Assembly (NCBI GenBank): GCA_963663765.2
Contig: CAXXUA010000005.1
Location: 192,001 to 256,000, forward strand
DNA length: 64,000 nt
Source of the DNA: Candidatus Poribacteria bacterium
Lineage (GTDB): Bacteria; Poribacteria; WGA-4E; WGA-3G
Direction of reading: 5' to 3'
In this document: one piece after another, positions 18,557 through 30,165 of the stretch
Layout: each line of letters starts with the position of its first letter
Position numbering within the stretch: position 1 is the first letter of the stretch
The notes under the pieces: model-generated
Database searches by the model: none
Told to the model about the DNA's origin: nothing
The model's input: only the letters and a program-made list of their open reading frames with translations
Translations under genes and position numbers: made by a program

Positions 18557-19615
18557 ATGAGTATTAAACTCAAAGATATTTGTGAACATTTGGGTGGTGA
18601 ACTTTCTGGTGATGGAGAAATTGAAATCACAGGAGTTTCTGGTATTGTAGAGGCGTTACCCAGCCAAATTACCTTTGTTGCGGATACGAAATATCTTTCT
18701 GCTATAGCCACGACTCAGGCATCGGCGATCATCATTGGGCGCGGTGTTTCCGGTAATGGCAAACCGACGATATGTGTAGACAATCCGTATTGGAGTTTTG
18801 TCAAGGTAATGGAGTTATTCATCTCGGATTCGGAGCAGCAGACTCACCGCGGCATCCATGAAACTGCGATTATTGGAGAGAATGTTTCATTAGGAGAAGA
18901 CGTTACCATAAAGGCATATAGCGTGATTGGTGACAATGTAGAGATTGGCGATAGAACAGTCATTATGCCGCTTGTCTATGTTGGGAATGGTAGCAAAATT
19001 GGCAGTGATGGAATGGTCTACTCTCAAGTCAGTATTCGTGAGAACATCACTATTGGCGATCGTGTCGTCCTTCATAGTGGTGCGGTCATCGGTAGTGATG
19101 GTTTTGGTTTTACGCCGGATCCTATACAAAAGCGTCCTTACAAAATACCCCAAATAGGGACTGTTGTGGTTGAAGATGATGTCGAAATAGGTGCGAATAC
19201 GACGATAGATAGAGCAACGCTCTCTGAGACGGTGATTAAGCGTGGTACGAAACTTGACAACCTTGTTCAGATTGCCCACAATGTAGTTCTTGGGGAAGAT
19301 TGCTGTCTTGCTGCACAGACGGGTATTGCTGGCAGTTCTATTCTTGGTGATCGCGTTAATATTGCGGGTCAGTCTGGTGTGATTGGTCATCTTAGGGTTG
19401 GTGAAAATACGGTTATCTACTCGAAATCTGCTGTCACGAAGAACATTCCGCCCGGTAGCCATCTTTCCGGCATCCCTGCCCGTCCGCACAAACAGGAGTT
19501 ACGTTCTCAAGCAATAGCACGTAAGCTGCCGGAAGTGATGAAAGAGATTTCAGAGTTGCAGAAACGCGTTGAGGAACTTGAGGAAAATCTTCAAGGCTTA
19601 GAAGAAGATTCCTAA
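18557..19615 (+). CDS. lpxD: UDP-3-O-(3-hydroxyacyl)glucosamine N-acyltransferase
   Basis: Hexapeptide repeats; GSDGFGF, IGANTTIDR and KLDNLVQIAHN motifs. Confidence 0.97.
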   Translation: MSIKLKDICEHLGGELSGDGEIEITGVSGIVEALPSQITFVADTKYLSAIATTQASAIIIGRGVSGNGKPTICVDNPYWSFVKVMELFISDSEQQTHRGIHETAIIGENVSLGEDVTIKAYSVIGDNVEIGDRTVIMPLVYVGNGSKIGSDGMVYSQVSIRENITIGDRVVLHSGAVIGSDGFGFTPDPIQKRPYKIPQIGTVVVEDDVEIGANTTIDRATLSETVIKRGTKLDNLVQIAHNVVLGEDCCLAAQTGIAGSSILGDRVNIAGQSGVIGHLRVGENTVIYSKSAVTKNIPPGSHLSGIPARPHKQELRSQAIARKLPEVMKEISELQKRVEELEENLQGLEEDS

Positions 19616-19849
19616 TTGGTTGCTAATTAATCTAATCCCTCCTATGAAAGAAGAATACCAGCTATTTCCATAAGATGGTTCTGAATCGCGGAGTACACAG
19701 ATTTCACGGAATACGCGTATTTCGCTGATAAGAGATCTTTCTTTAAACAACTCTCACTAATAACCAATGTGGTTGTGAAAATGAGTGTATAGCACCTAAA
19801 ACCCATTCTGTGCTTCTGGCAAAGACATGGGTAAAAAAACTAAAAATTG

Positions 19850-20503
19850 ATGAAACTTCTATCCATAAATGTATCAAAACCGAAACCGATTACCTACAAT
19901 GGTAGGATTGTTTATACTGGTATTTTTAAAGAACCGGTGTCAGAGACGGTGATGCTGAGAGAGAAAAATATTGATGGGGATGGACAAGGGGATTTGAAGG
20001 TACACGGCGGCACCTATAAAGCAATCTATGGTTATCCCTTTGAACATTATGCATATTGGCAGCAGGAATTGAATAGAGAGGACTTGTCTTATGGTCAATT
20101 CGGTGAAAATCTGACTGTTGAGGGTATGTTGGAATCGGAAGTTAACATCGGTGATGTGTTTCAGATAGGTTCAAGTGTGCGATTACAGATAACACAACCG
20201 CGAGTGCCGTGTTACAAATTAGGACATAAAATGGGAATGGCAGAATTTCCTAAACAGTTCTTGCAGAGTCGATGTGTTGGTTTCTATTTTCGAGTTCTTG
20301 AAGAAGGAGAAATCACTGCAGGTGATACAATTTCTTGTGTTGAGAATGCGCCAGAGTCAATGAGTGTCACAGAGATAGTCAACTTACGATATTTTGACAC
20401 TAACAATTATGAGAAGATAGCGAAAGCCAGAAAACTACCTGCTCTATCACCGAGTTGGAAAGAGGACTTTGTACGAATCTTGAAGGCAAAGGATTTGTTG
20501 TAG
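19850..20503 (+). CDS. MOSC domain protein (YiiM-like)
   Basis: [18 protein letters not shown] and QPRVPCYKL motifs; C-terminal 3-alpha domain. Confidence 0.92.
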   Translation: MKLLSINVSKPKPITYNGRIVYTGIFKEPVSETVMLREKNIDGDGQGDLKVHGGTYKAIYGYPFEHYAYWQQELNREDLSYGQFGENLTVEGMLESEVNIGDVFQIGSSVRLQITQPRVPCYKLGHKMGMAEFPKQFLQSRCVGFYFRVLEEGEITAGDTISCVENAPESMSVTEIVNLRYFDTNNYEKIAKARKLPALSPSWKEDFVRILKAKDLL

Positions 20504-20508
20504 ACACT

Positions 20509-21255
20509 ATGGAAATATTTGAAGTAAGAACTAAACTGGGTACGAGTACGGCAGCTGCAATGGCTGCAAGTACAAAACTGCAGGCAGCCATCAATACCAA
20601 TGGACATGCGAGTTTCATAGTTGCTACGGGGGCCTCACAGTTTGATTTCCTGAATGCATTGACTGCTGATTCCTCTATAGATTGGTCAAAAACAACGATG
20701 TTCCATCTGGACGAATATATCGGTATTTCTGATACACATCCAGCCAGTTTCTGTAAGTATCTTCAGGAGAGATTGGTTGATATTGTTCAGCCAAAAATAG
20801 TGCATTTCCTGAATGGTGAAGCGGACGATCCACAGGCAGAATGTGACAGACTCAACCGAATTATCTCACAACACACGATTGATGTTGCATTTGTTGGTAT
20901 CGGTGAAAATGGTCATCTTGCTTTCAATGACCCTCCTGCTGACTTTGAGACAGAGGAACCGTATATCGTCGTGGCGTTAGATGAGGCGTGCCGTTTGCAG
21001 CAGGTTGGTGAAGGTTGGTTCAAAGATTTGTCTGAGGTACCGACACATGCAATCTCAATGTCTATCCGCCAGATTATGAAATCGGAAGCGATTATTTGTA
21101 CGGTGCCTGATGAACGCAAGGCGGAAGCTGTACGAAATTGCTTATTTGGTGAAATTTCCTCAATGCATCCTGCGTCTATTTTGCAGAATCATCCGGATTG
21201 TAGCATCTTCCTTGATGCTGGGTCGGCATCTTTGTTGATGTCTGTTTCACCATAG
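20509..21255 (+). CDS. nagB: Glucosamine-6-phosphate deaminase family protein
   Basis: ATGASQ, FHLDEY and [13 protein letters not shown] motifs. Confidence 0.85.
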   Translation: MEIFEVRTKLGTSTAAAMAASTKLQAAINTNGHASFIVATGASQFDFLNALTADSSIDWSKTTMFHLDEYIGISDTHPASFCKYLQERLVDIVQPKIVHFLNGEADDPQAECDRLNRIISQHTIDVAFVGIGENGHLAFNDPPADFETEEPYIVVALDEACRLQQVGEGWFKDLSEVPTHAISMSIRQIMKSEAIICTVPDERKAEAVRNCLFGEISSMHPASILQNHPDCSIFLDAGSASLLMSVSP

Positions 21256-21342
21256 TCATCTGTTCACTCTCCGATCGTTCGTGCTATCCAAACGGTTGAA
21301 TCGGATGTCTGTTTCACCATAATCATCTGTTCACCATAGTAC

Positions 21343-21386
21343 AAAAAGAAATCGGATGGGAAATATAACCCACCCGATTTCTTTTT
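21343..21386. terminator. Bidirectional intrinsic terminator between nagB and groEL
   Basis: AAAAAGAAATCGG...CCGATTTCTTTTT inverted repeat with A/T tracts on both sides. Confidence 0.85.
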
Positions 21387-21431
21387 ATGATCGTATATTT
21401 CTCATAGATGTCTATGAGAGAATGTCCGACA

Positions 21432-23069
<1,638 letters not shown>

Positions 23070-23073
23070 TTAC

Positions 23074-23367
23074 TTAATTAGTTACCTTGGCTAAGATATC
23101 ATCTTCGCGCAAAATGAGAAATTCATCATTTTCATAAGTTACTTCTGTGCCACCATATTTTGCGAACAGAACTTTGTCTCCGACTTGAACATCAACAGAT
23201 TGTCGTTCACCGTTTTCAAGGATGCGTCCTTTTCCAACAGCGACAACTTCGCCTTCTTGAGGTTTTTCTTTGGCAGTGTCTGGGATAATGATCCCACCAC
23301 TGGTTTTTTGTTCGTCCTCTTCAGAACGTTTGACGAGGATTCGATCGCCAAGAGGTACAAGTGCCAT
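23074..23367 (-). CDS. groS: Co-chaperonin GroES
   Basis: PLGDRILV and [16 protein letters not shown] motifs. Confidence 0.99.
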   Translation of the reverse strand: MALVPLGDRILVKRSEEDEQKTSGGIIIPDTAKEKPQEGEVVAVGKGRILENGERQSVDVQVGDKVLFAKYGGTEVTYENDEFLILREDDILAKVTN

Positions 23368-23453
23368 ATCTATAATTCCCTCCTATGGGTAAAAAGTTTA
23401 TGGGTATAATATGAACCCGTATCTGATAATTTTTCTTATACGATGTTTTATAT

Positions 23454-23470
23454 AGCAAGATGTGTGCCAA
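23454..23470 (-). promoter_or_regulatory. sigma54 (-24/-12) promoter of groES-groEL
   Basis: Minus strand TTGGCAC-ACATC-TTGCT, matching TGGCAC-N5-TTGC. Confidence 0.8.
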
Positions 23471-23535
23471 TTTTGGGAATGTAGGTATAGACGCATTTGG
23501 TGTGGTATGATGTGATTTTTGACTTGGCAAATGTG

Positions 23536-23589
23536 TGACATTTTGTCATATCGTCACAGATTTGGAATAGTTAGTGTGCCATTTTGACA
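23536..23589. promoter_or_regulatory. Putative enhancer-binding-protein sites (TGxCA-N3-TGxCA, two copies)
   Basis: TGACATTTTGTCA at 23536-23548 and TGCCATTTTGACA at 23577-23589, upstream of the sigma54 promoter. Confidence 0.55.
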
Positions 23590-23753
23590 TAGGCAGTTTA
23601 TTGTCTGAACCATGATTTTCAGGATTACCAGATATTCAGGATTTACCTCATCAAGGGTTTTTGATGTGTGTTTTTGCTCTCTTTTGGAATAGGATTTGAT
23701 GAAACAGATCTTGATAATCTACTAATCCTGAAAATCCTGGTTCAGACAAAGAA

Positions 23754-23838
23754 TGAGTTAACTCCCAAAAATATACTAACTCAAGGATTAACAACTGTGA
23801 TAGAATTTACTCAATTAATTGAAAACTGAATAACCCTG
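23754..23838. repeat. 85-bp dispersed repeat, copy 1
   Basis: 81/85 identical to 28845-28929; ends in GAAAACTGAATAACCCTG. Confidence 0.9.
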
Positions 23839-23898
23839 CAAAAAACGCTTGCTTAATGTTAACTTTTTCTGTTATATTAATACTCAGGATTGTACATA

Positions 23899-24019
23899 CA
23901 GACTTGCGCAGTATTCATGATTTAATCAAGAATTGTGACGAAAATGGTGTAATTTTCAGCATATTTTAGGTTTCCAGCGCGCATACAATGCGAGTCTATC
24001 GTAGGGTGCGTATGTCTTG
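23899..24019. mobile_element. Family A MITE with degenerate ends
   Basis: CAGACTTGCGCA...TGCGTATGTCTTG flanked by 7-bp duplication GTACATA. Confidence 0.85.
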
Positions 24020-24041
24020 GTACATAGAATTCATCATTCAT

Positions 24042-24165
24042 TTATCATTCAATATAAGTTATCATTCAATATAAGTTATCATTCAATATAAGTTATCATT
24101 CAATATAAGTTATCATTCAATATAAGTTATCATTCAATATAAGTTATCATTCAATATAAGTTATC
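24042..24165. repeat. Perfect 17-bp tandem repeat (TTATCATTCAATATAAG), 7.3 copies
   Basis: Read directly; no spacers between units. Confidence 0.97.
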
Positions 24166-24280
24166 CAATTTTCCAACTTTTTTATGACAATTAGGTCTTA
24201 TATATTAAGATTCTGTATGCTACTTCTTGCGGACAGTATTCTAATTTGGAACTTGAACTACGATTGAGGGTTAATATTAA

Positions 24281-24497
24281 CAGGACTTGCGCAGTTTTAA
24301 TGATTTAATCAAGAATTGTGATGAAAATGATGTAATTTTCAGCATTATTTGTGCTTCCAACGCGCTTACAAAGCACCAATTCAAGAAATCAAGGGTATGA
24401 ATGCCTTTTGGCATTCCCCGGGTATGAATCATGGAGCATGCCATACGCGCATGCTTCTTTAGGCATTCCCCGCCTACCGTTGGGTGCGTAAGTCCTG
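24281..24497. mobile_element. Family A MITE carrying nested hairpin insertions
   Basis: CAGGACTTGCGCA...TGCGTAAGTCCTG flanked by 6-bp duplication TATTAA. Confidence 0.9.
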
Positions 24498-24635
24498 TAT
24501 TAAATAGAAGGACACGTCTAGCAAAACCAAATTCACTTGATTCTAATATATCCGTGCGGCGGATCAACAATAATCTAACGACTTATGTGGTATTAATTGA
24601 GTCTAACCTTACATGTTTCTGACGACAATTGTGAA

Positions 24636-24691
24636 GCCATAACTGTTTCGCCATAACTGTTTCGCCATAACTGTTTCGCCATAACTGTTTC
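24636..24691. repeat. Perfect 14-bp tandem repeat (GCCATAACTGTTTC), 4 copies
   Basis: Read directly; ends 75 nt upstream of the start at 24766. Confidence 0.95.
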
Positions 24692-24765
24692 AAAGAACAA
24701 AAAATAATAATGCACAAGTGATTGAATATCTACTATAAGAGTTTATGTGAAAAGAGGAGAATAAG

Positions 24766-27700
24766 ATGGAAAGAAGAGAAGAATATACTGAACTACAAAC
24801 GAAGATATTAGCCGCGCGGCGTGTGTGGAAACGTAGTCTATTCTGGACAGGGTTTGCGATAGTCTTGATTGGTCTACTGGCGATTTTAGTAGGGGGTTCA
24901 ATTGTTGACTGGTTGATGCCGCTTCCGAGTGCAGTACGTGTTGTGTTTTTGGTGGGTATTGTTGGTACGACCACCTACCTACTTTATAGGTACTTGGTTG
25001 TACCGATTAGAGCTGCGCTGAGTCTCCGAGATGTTGCGCTTAATGTTGAACATAGTCATCCTGACCTTGAAGATAGGCTTGTGAGTGCTGTGCAATTTGG
25101 TTCAAGAGAGACTGATGACCCAATTGAAGCACACATGCTTCAACGTTTGCTTACGGATACCGTTGATCGTATTAAAGGAATTGATTTTAAAGCCACGGTT
25201 GATCATAGCCGTACACGTAAGTATATGGGTATTGCAGCATTAGTGATTGCTGCGTGTGGTTTACTAACACTTCTCTTTCCAACAGAAACTCAGACGAGTC
25301 TGATGCGTTTGCTTGTTCCGTGGGAAAAGACTGATCCAATAATGACAACTAAGGTTGAAGTTACCCCTGGAGATGCCCGTATCCTTCGCGGTAAGAGTTT
25401 GCCAATTGCGGTAAATGTAACAGGTAAAGATGCAGATAAGGTTGTTTTGACCTACTATGACAAGGACAATCCACCAACAGCAGAAAACGAAGGTAGTAAA
25501 CAAGAAATCAATATGTTGCAGAATCCGGATGACAAACGTGGTTTTGCGTATGAGATTTTCAATATTGAAATGGAAATGGAGTATTTTGTTGTTGCGAATG
25601 AGACGACATCTGAAAGTTTTACAGTTGAAGTCTTTGAGATGCCACGTGTAGAAGATGTTTCTGTTTCTTATACCTATCCTGAATATACCGACCTTTCCCC
25701 AGTTGTGCAGCAAGGTAGTGGTGATATTAAGGCGATTGTTGGCACTACAGCAGAAATACGATTTACTACGAATAAGGCTATCCAGAAAGCCACATTCACC
25801 ATGAAAAGTAAGAAGGATGCTGCCCCAACTGAAGATGTTGGTGAAAGCGATACTGCTGCATCTAATTCTCTTGAGATGACTATTGCGGATGGAAACACAC
25901 TCACAACGACAATTGAGGTCTTGGATGATGGTAAATATACAGTTGACCTATTCTGTATTGATGAATTCCAGAATGAAATTCCGATTGAGTATTCTATTAA
26001 AGCGATACCTGATAAACCCCCAGAAGTGGTTGTTAAGGAACCCGGTCGCGATGTGAAAGCGACAAAACTGGAAGAGGTGAAAATCGTTGCTGAGGCTAAG
26101 GATGATTTTGGTGTTGAAGAGCTTAACTTAAAGTATCGTATAGGTGCAGGTGAATTGAAGAAGATTGCGTTAGAAGCTACAGGTGAGTTAGGAACGGATA
26201 TGCAATCCGGTAAAAAGGTACGCAATGGGACTTATACCTTTTATTTGGAAGAATTTGACATTGAACCTGGTCAAGTCATCTCTTACTATGCACATGCGGT
26301 GGACAATAATACGTTAACAGGACCGAGTGAAGCAAGAAGTGATATCTACTTCATTGAGATCAAACCGTTCAATCAGAGATATGAAGATCAAGAGCCAATG
26401 GATATGGAAGGCATGCCTAATCCTATGACTGGATTGATCGCTCTTCAGAAACAGGTGATTCGAGAAACATGGTCTCACGTTAACAACCAACCCAAAATTG
26501 CTACCGAAGAATTTGCATCAGATGTTAAAAAAACATCGCAAAAACAGGGTGAAGTCAAGGATAAAACGCAAGAGGTGGTAGACAACTTTAGTATGCAGAT
26601 GCAGGAACAACCCGTTCCTCCAGAAATCATGATGAATCTTGAGGAAGCAATTGACAAGATGGGTGAAGCGATGGATGAGTTAAATGCTACGAAACCTATG
26701 GATGCTATTCCACCAGAACAAGCTGCACTTGAATTGCTGAATAAAGTTGATCTTGAGATGCCTAAAGTCTTACAACAGGCAAGGTCAAACCAACCTCAGA
26801 TGGCAGAGAATCTTGAGATGGAATTGGAGGATCTGCAAAACGAGTTAGAGCAGAACCAGGAGGAGCTTGAGGAGCAACTGCAGGAACAGACACAGCAGAT
26901 GTTGGACCAAGCTCGTGAAATGTTGGAACAACAACAGAATCTGAATGAGCAGAGTCAAGAGATGGGTAAACAGGATCAACCATCTCCCAGTGATATGCAA
27001 CAGAATAGCCAGCAGCAGGGACAGTTGTCTCAGCAAGCGGAACAGATGTCGCAACAACTGGGTCAAATGCAGGGTAATGCTCAAGACCCTCAACAGCAAC
27101 GTCTTGCTCAAGCTGGTCAGTCCATGCAGCAAGCGAGTGAACAGATGCAGCAAGCGTCACAAGGGATGCAACAGCAGGAACCCCAGATGAGTGCAGCGAA
27201 AGGTGAAAAGGCTGAAGAAAGGCTTGAGGAAGCGATTGAACAACTTGAGAAAGCTTCATCTGAATTTACAGATAATGCGTTAGAAAGGGCAGCTCAGCAA
27301 CTTCAACAGATGACTGAAGAACAATCTCAAGTGCAACAGCAGACACAAGAACTGAGAAATCGGTCTCAGCAACAAGGTGGTATGAGTGCTGAGGATTATC
27401 GTGAAGCCTCTGAACTTGCTAATCAGCAGCGGCAACTTCAACGTGACTTAGAGTCTTTTGAGGAAAACCTTGATAATGTTCAAGAGCAGCTGAACGAAGA
27501 AAATCCTGAGGCTGCAGAGAATGTTGCGGATGCATCTGAAAGACTTGCCGAGGAACAAACATCAGAAGATATGGCAACAGCACAACGTGCATTACAATGG
27601 CGTAGTTTGCAGTCTGCTGATTTGAATCAACAGGAAGTTGTTGAAACACTTGAACAAGCACAAGCGGATCTCCAACAAGCGAGAGCCAATATGGCACAAA

Positions 27701-28350
27701 CGGAAGAAGAGCAACTTGAAGCTGCCCTTGAACAACTTGAAACGTTTGAAGAACAGATGCAAGATATGCAGCGTGAACAAGAAGGGATGGAAGGTCAAGA
27801 ACAGAGCGAAGCACAACAGCAACGTGAGCAACAACTTGCTGAACAGAATCAACAACTGATGGAACGTATGCAAGAAGCTCAGGAAGCTATGCAAAATGCA
27901 CAGGAAGGGCAACAACCCGGACAGGAAGGGCAACAACCCGGACAGGAAGGGCAACAACCCGGACAAGAAGGGCAACAACCCGGACAAGAAGGGCAACAAC
28001 CCGGACAAGAAGGGCAACAACCCGGACAGGAAGGGCAACAACCCGGACAGGAAGGACAAACAGAAAACGAAACTGATATGGCACGTGGTGGTGTGGAATC
28101 GTATCGTGAGATAAAAGAGTTGTGGCTTGAAATGTTGGATTCCATGCAACCGCCATCAAGAAGTAATCGCTCGCGTCCCTTACCGAATTATGAACTTTCA
28201 ATTCGTGCATTGCAGAAGTTAGAAACTGCTTTAGAGGATCGTTTGAATTCGTTGCAAGAGAAAAAGCAGTTGACACAAGTTGCAAAGGAAGATGTTCCAC
28301 CTGAATACCGTAAGCTTGTTAATAAGTATTATGAGTCTTTAGCGAAGTAA
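24766..28350 (+). CDS. Large membrane-anchored protein, DUF4175-like (TM helices, Ig-like region, Gln/Glu-rich coiled coil)
   Basis: EHSHPDLEDRLVSAVQ, AKDDFGV, YYAHAVDN and C-terminal VPPEYRKLVNKYYESL motifs. Confidence 0.75.
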   Translation: MERREEYTELQTKILAARRVWKRSLFWTGFAIVLIGLLAILVGGSIVDWLMPLPSAVRVVFLVGIVGTTTYLLYRYLVVPIRAALSLRDVALNVEHSHPDLEDRLVSAVQFGSRETDDPIEAHMLQRLLTDTVDRIKGIDFKATVDHSRTRKYMGIAALVIAACGLLTLLFPTETQTSLMRLLVPWEKTDPIMTTKVEVTPGDARILRGKSLPIAVNVTGKDADKVVLTYYDKDNPPTAENEGSKQEINMLQNPDDKRGFAYEIFNIEMEMEYFVVANETTSESFTVEVFEMPRVEDVSVSYTYPEYTDLSPVVQQGSGDIKAIVGTTAEIRFTTNKAIQKATFTMKSKKDAAPTEDVGESDTAASNSLEMTIADGNTLTTTIEVLDDGKYTVDLFCIDEFQNEIPIEYSIKAIPDKPPEVVVKEPGRDVKATKLEEVKIVAEAKDDFGVEELNLKYRIGAGELKKIALEATGELGTDMQSGKKVRNGTYTFYLEEFDIEPGQVISYYAHAVDNNTLTGPSEARSDIYFIEIKPFNQRYEDQEPMDMEGMPNPMTGLIALQKQVIRETWSHVNNQPKIATEEFASDVKKTSQKQGEVKDKTQEVVDNFSMQMQEQPVPPEIMMNLEEAIDKMGEAMDELNATKPMDAIPPEQAALELLNKVDLEMPKVLQQARSNQPQMAENLEMELEDLQNELEQNQEELEEQLQEQTQQMLDQAREMLEQQQNLNEQSQEMGKQDQPSPSDMQQNSQQQGQLSQQAEQMSQQLGQMQGNAQDPQQQRLAQAGQSMQQASEQMQQASQGMQQQEPQMSAAKGEKAEERLEEAIEQLEKASSEFTDNALERAAQQLQQMTEEQSQVQQQTQELRNRSQQQGGMSAEDYREASELANQQRQLQRDLESFEENLDNVQEQLNEENPEAAENVADASERLAEEQTSEDMATAQRALQWRSLQSADLNQQEVVETLEQAQADLQQARANMAQTEEEQLEAALEQLETFEEQMQDMQREQEGMEGQEQSEAQQQREQQLAEQNQQLMERMQEAQEAMQNAQEGQQPGQEGQQPGQEGQQPGQEGQQPGQEGQQPGQEGQQPGQEGQQPGQEGQTENETDMARGGVESYREIKELWLEMLDSMQPPSRSNRSRPLPNYELSIRALQKLETALEDRLNSLQEKKQLTQVAKEDVPPEYRKLVNKYYESLAK
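27901..28055 (+). repeat. 21-bp in-frame tandem repeat (QEGQQPG, 7 copies)
   Basis: CAGGAAGGGCAACAACCCGGA units. Confidence 0.97.
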
Positions 28351-28373
28351 GATCCTTTATTTCCTAAATATAT

Positions 28374-28418
28374 TTGTAGGGACAATTCGGTAGTTCCCAG
28401 TTGTCCCTACAATTTTTT
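28374..28418 (+). terminator. GTAG-type REP-like hairpin probably acting as an intrinsic terminator
   Basis: TTGTAGGGACAA...TTGTCCCTACAA followed by T6. Confidence 0.7.
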
Positions 28419-28461
28419 GCCTAATAAGTAGTTTTGGTAAAAAAAGAATAGGAGGGTATTC

Positions 28462-28836
28462 ATGCGTATTTTATTTATGATTTTAGTAATCAGTATTGTA
28501 TTTGTAGGTTGTGATGACGCTGATATAGCAAACCGTAACTTATCTAAAGCAGCAGACAATTTTGAAATCACCCGTAGGATTATATTTTACAATGGTATCA
28601 CCGACACTTATATTTTGAATATAGAAGGTAAATGTAGTATCAACGACAATGGACTTGGTCAACTTGAAGTCGTATGCAAAACGGGTGATAACACTTATAA
28701 GAAACATTTTCTTGGACTATCCGATAATGTGACATATTTCGCAGAACAGCTTGAAAGTGCAAATGTAAGTAAGGATCACTATCGGGTAACGTTTAAACCA
28801 CAAGCGATTATACCTGATGTTGATGTGCGTAACTAA
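28462..28836 (+). CDS. Small lipoprotein of a family I recognise mainly from phages
   Basis: Lipobox FVGC; motif NLSKAADNFEITRRIIFYNGIT...KKHFLGLSDNVTYFAEQ; GGAGG RBS. Confidence 0.75.
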   Translation: MRILFMILVISIVFVGCDDADIANRNLSKAADNFEITRRIIFYNGITDTYILNIEGKCSINDNGLGQLEVVCKTGDNTYKKHFLGLSDNVTYFAEQLESANVSKDHYRVTFKPQAIIPDVDVRN

Positions 28837-28844
28837 TTAAAGAT

Positions 28845-28929
28845 TGAGTTAACTCCCAAAAATAAACTAACTCAAGGATTAACAACAGTGATAGAATTTA
28901 CTGAATAAATTGAAAACTGAATAACCCTG
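28845..28929. repeat. 85-bp dispersed repeat, copy 2
   Basis: Direct-orientation match to 23754-23838. Confidence 0.9.
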
Positions 28930-28945
28930 GTATAGGCGTTATGTT

Positions 28946-29134
28946 AGGGGTATTCAGTTTTTAGCATTTTAGCTGTTTCCTGAGAAAATCGCGACCGGCA
29001 AATCAAGAAATCAACGGTATGAATGCGCGTATGGCATTCCCCGGGTATGAATGCCTTTTGGCATTCCCCGGGTCGCTCCTACCGCGGGGTTTCTTTTTCA
29101 AAAATCCAAAAATCAGGAAAACTGAATAACCCTG
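28946..29134. mobile_element. MITE-like element (family B; ends AGGGGTATTCAGTTTT / AAAACTGAATAACCCT) with internal REP and nested hairpins
   Basis: Terminal inverted repeats; right end shared with the 85-bp repeat. Confidence 0.7.
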
Positions 29135-29318
29135 CCGTATAGACGTTAGGTATTTGAAAAATTGACTAACCATTGCTATAGTATAAATAAAAACTAAAGC
29201 GTATCTCATTAATGCAATTTGACCAAATTCACCGAATCTCGTGCTTAGTAAATTGAGGATAGAAAACCCACCTACGATTTATGAGATAGGTTGTATATAC
29301 AATCTTATGGAGTAAAAT

Positions 29319-30146
29319 ATGGAACAACCATTTATTGTAAAACCAGGAGAAAGTATCAGTCTTATAGGAGGAAAAAAGAGTCTATCATCTAATTGTAATC
29401 CCGATAATACTGGTTCTTACAGCAAAAAAGATGATACAAAAAAACCACTAAAGAAACTACATAAAAAGTTGCTGGAACTTCAGGAAATACTTTATGCAGA
29501 AGGTAAACATTCTCTGCTTATCATTTTGCAAGGTATGGACACATGTGGAAAAGATGGTACTATAAGGAAAGTGATGTCTGGTATCAATGTGCAGGGTTGT
29601 GAAGTTGTAAATTTTAAAGCGCCGACAGAAGATGACCTTTCCCGTGATTACTTATGGCGAGTGCACAAATCTGTTCCGCGTAAAGGTAAGATTGGGATAT
29701 TCAACCGTTCTCAATACGAGGATGTGCTGGTTGTCCGCGTTCATGATCTTGTTCCGAAGTCAGTTTGGAAGAAACGGTACCAACACATCAATGATTTTGA
29801 AAGAATGCTTGTAGAAAATGGAACAGTCGTCCTGAAGTTTTTCTTAAACATATCAAAGGATGAACAGAAGGAACGACTTGAATCTCGGATTAACACGCCT
29901 TCAAAACATTGGAAGGTCAACGAAGCAGATTTTCATGAACGCACCTATTGGGACGATTATATGCAAGCGTATGAAGTTGTTCTTGAAAAATGTAGCACTG
30001 AATGGGCTCCATGGTATATTATTCCTGCTAATAAAAAATGGTATCGTGATCTTGTCATTACTGAACGCATTGTCAAAACTCTTGAGAATTTGAATATGAA
30101 ATTCCCAAAACCAAATACTGATGTTTCAAAACTTTCTATAGAATGA
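29319..30146 (+). CDS. ppk2: Polyphosphate kinase 2 family protein (class III-like)
   Basis: QGMDTCGKDG Walker A, FNRSQYEDVLVVRV and APWYIIPANKKW motifs. Confidence 0.93.
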   Translation: MEQPFIVKPGESISLIGGKKSLSSNCNPDNTGSYSKKDDTKKPLKKLHKKLLELQEILYAEGKHSLLIILQGMDTCGKDGTIRKVMSGINVQGCEVVNFKAPTEDDLSRDYLWRVHKSVPRKGKIGIFNRSQYEDVLVVRVHDLVPKSVWKKRYQHINDFERMLVENGTVVLKFFLNISKDEQKERLESRINTPSKHWKVNEADFHERTYWDDYMQAYEVVLEKCSTEWAPWYIIPANKKWYRDLVITERIVKTLENLNMKFPKPNTDVSKLSIE

Positions 30147-30165
30147 AATACTTTAGGAACATAGA

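Noticed and set aside
23368-23600. CIRCE/HrcA operator upstream of groES
   Set aside because: No TTAGCACTC-N9-GAGTGCTAA match seen.
24042-24165. CRISPR array
   Set aside because: Units are contiguous with no spacers, and there are no cas genes.
24277-24622. Short ORFs 24277-24570 and 24431-24622
   Set aside because: They lie across MITE and hairpin repeats and have no coding signature.
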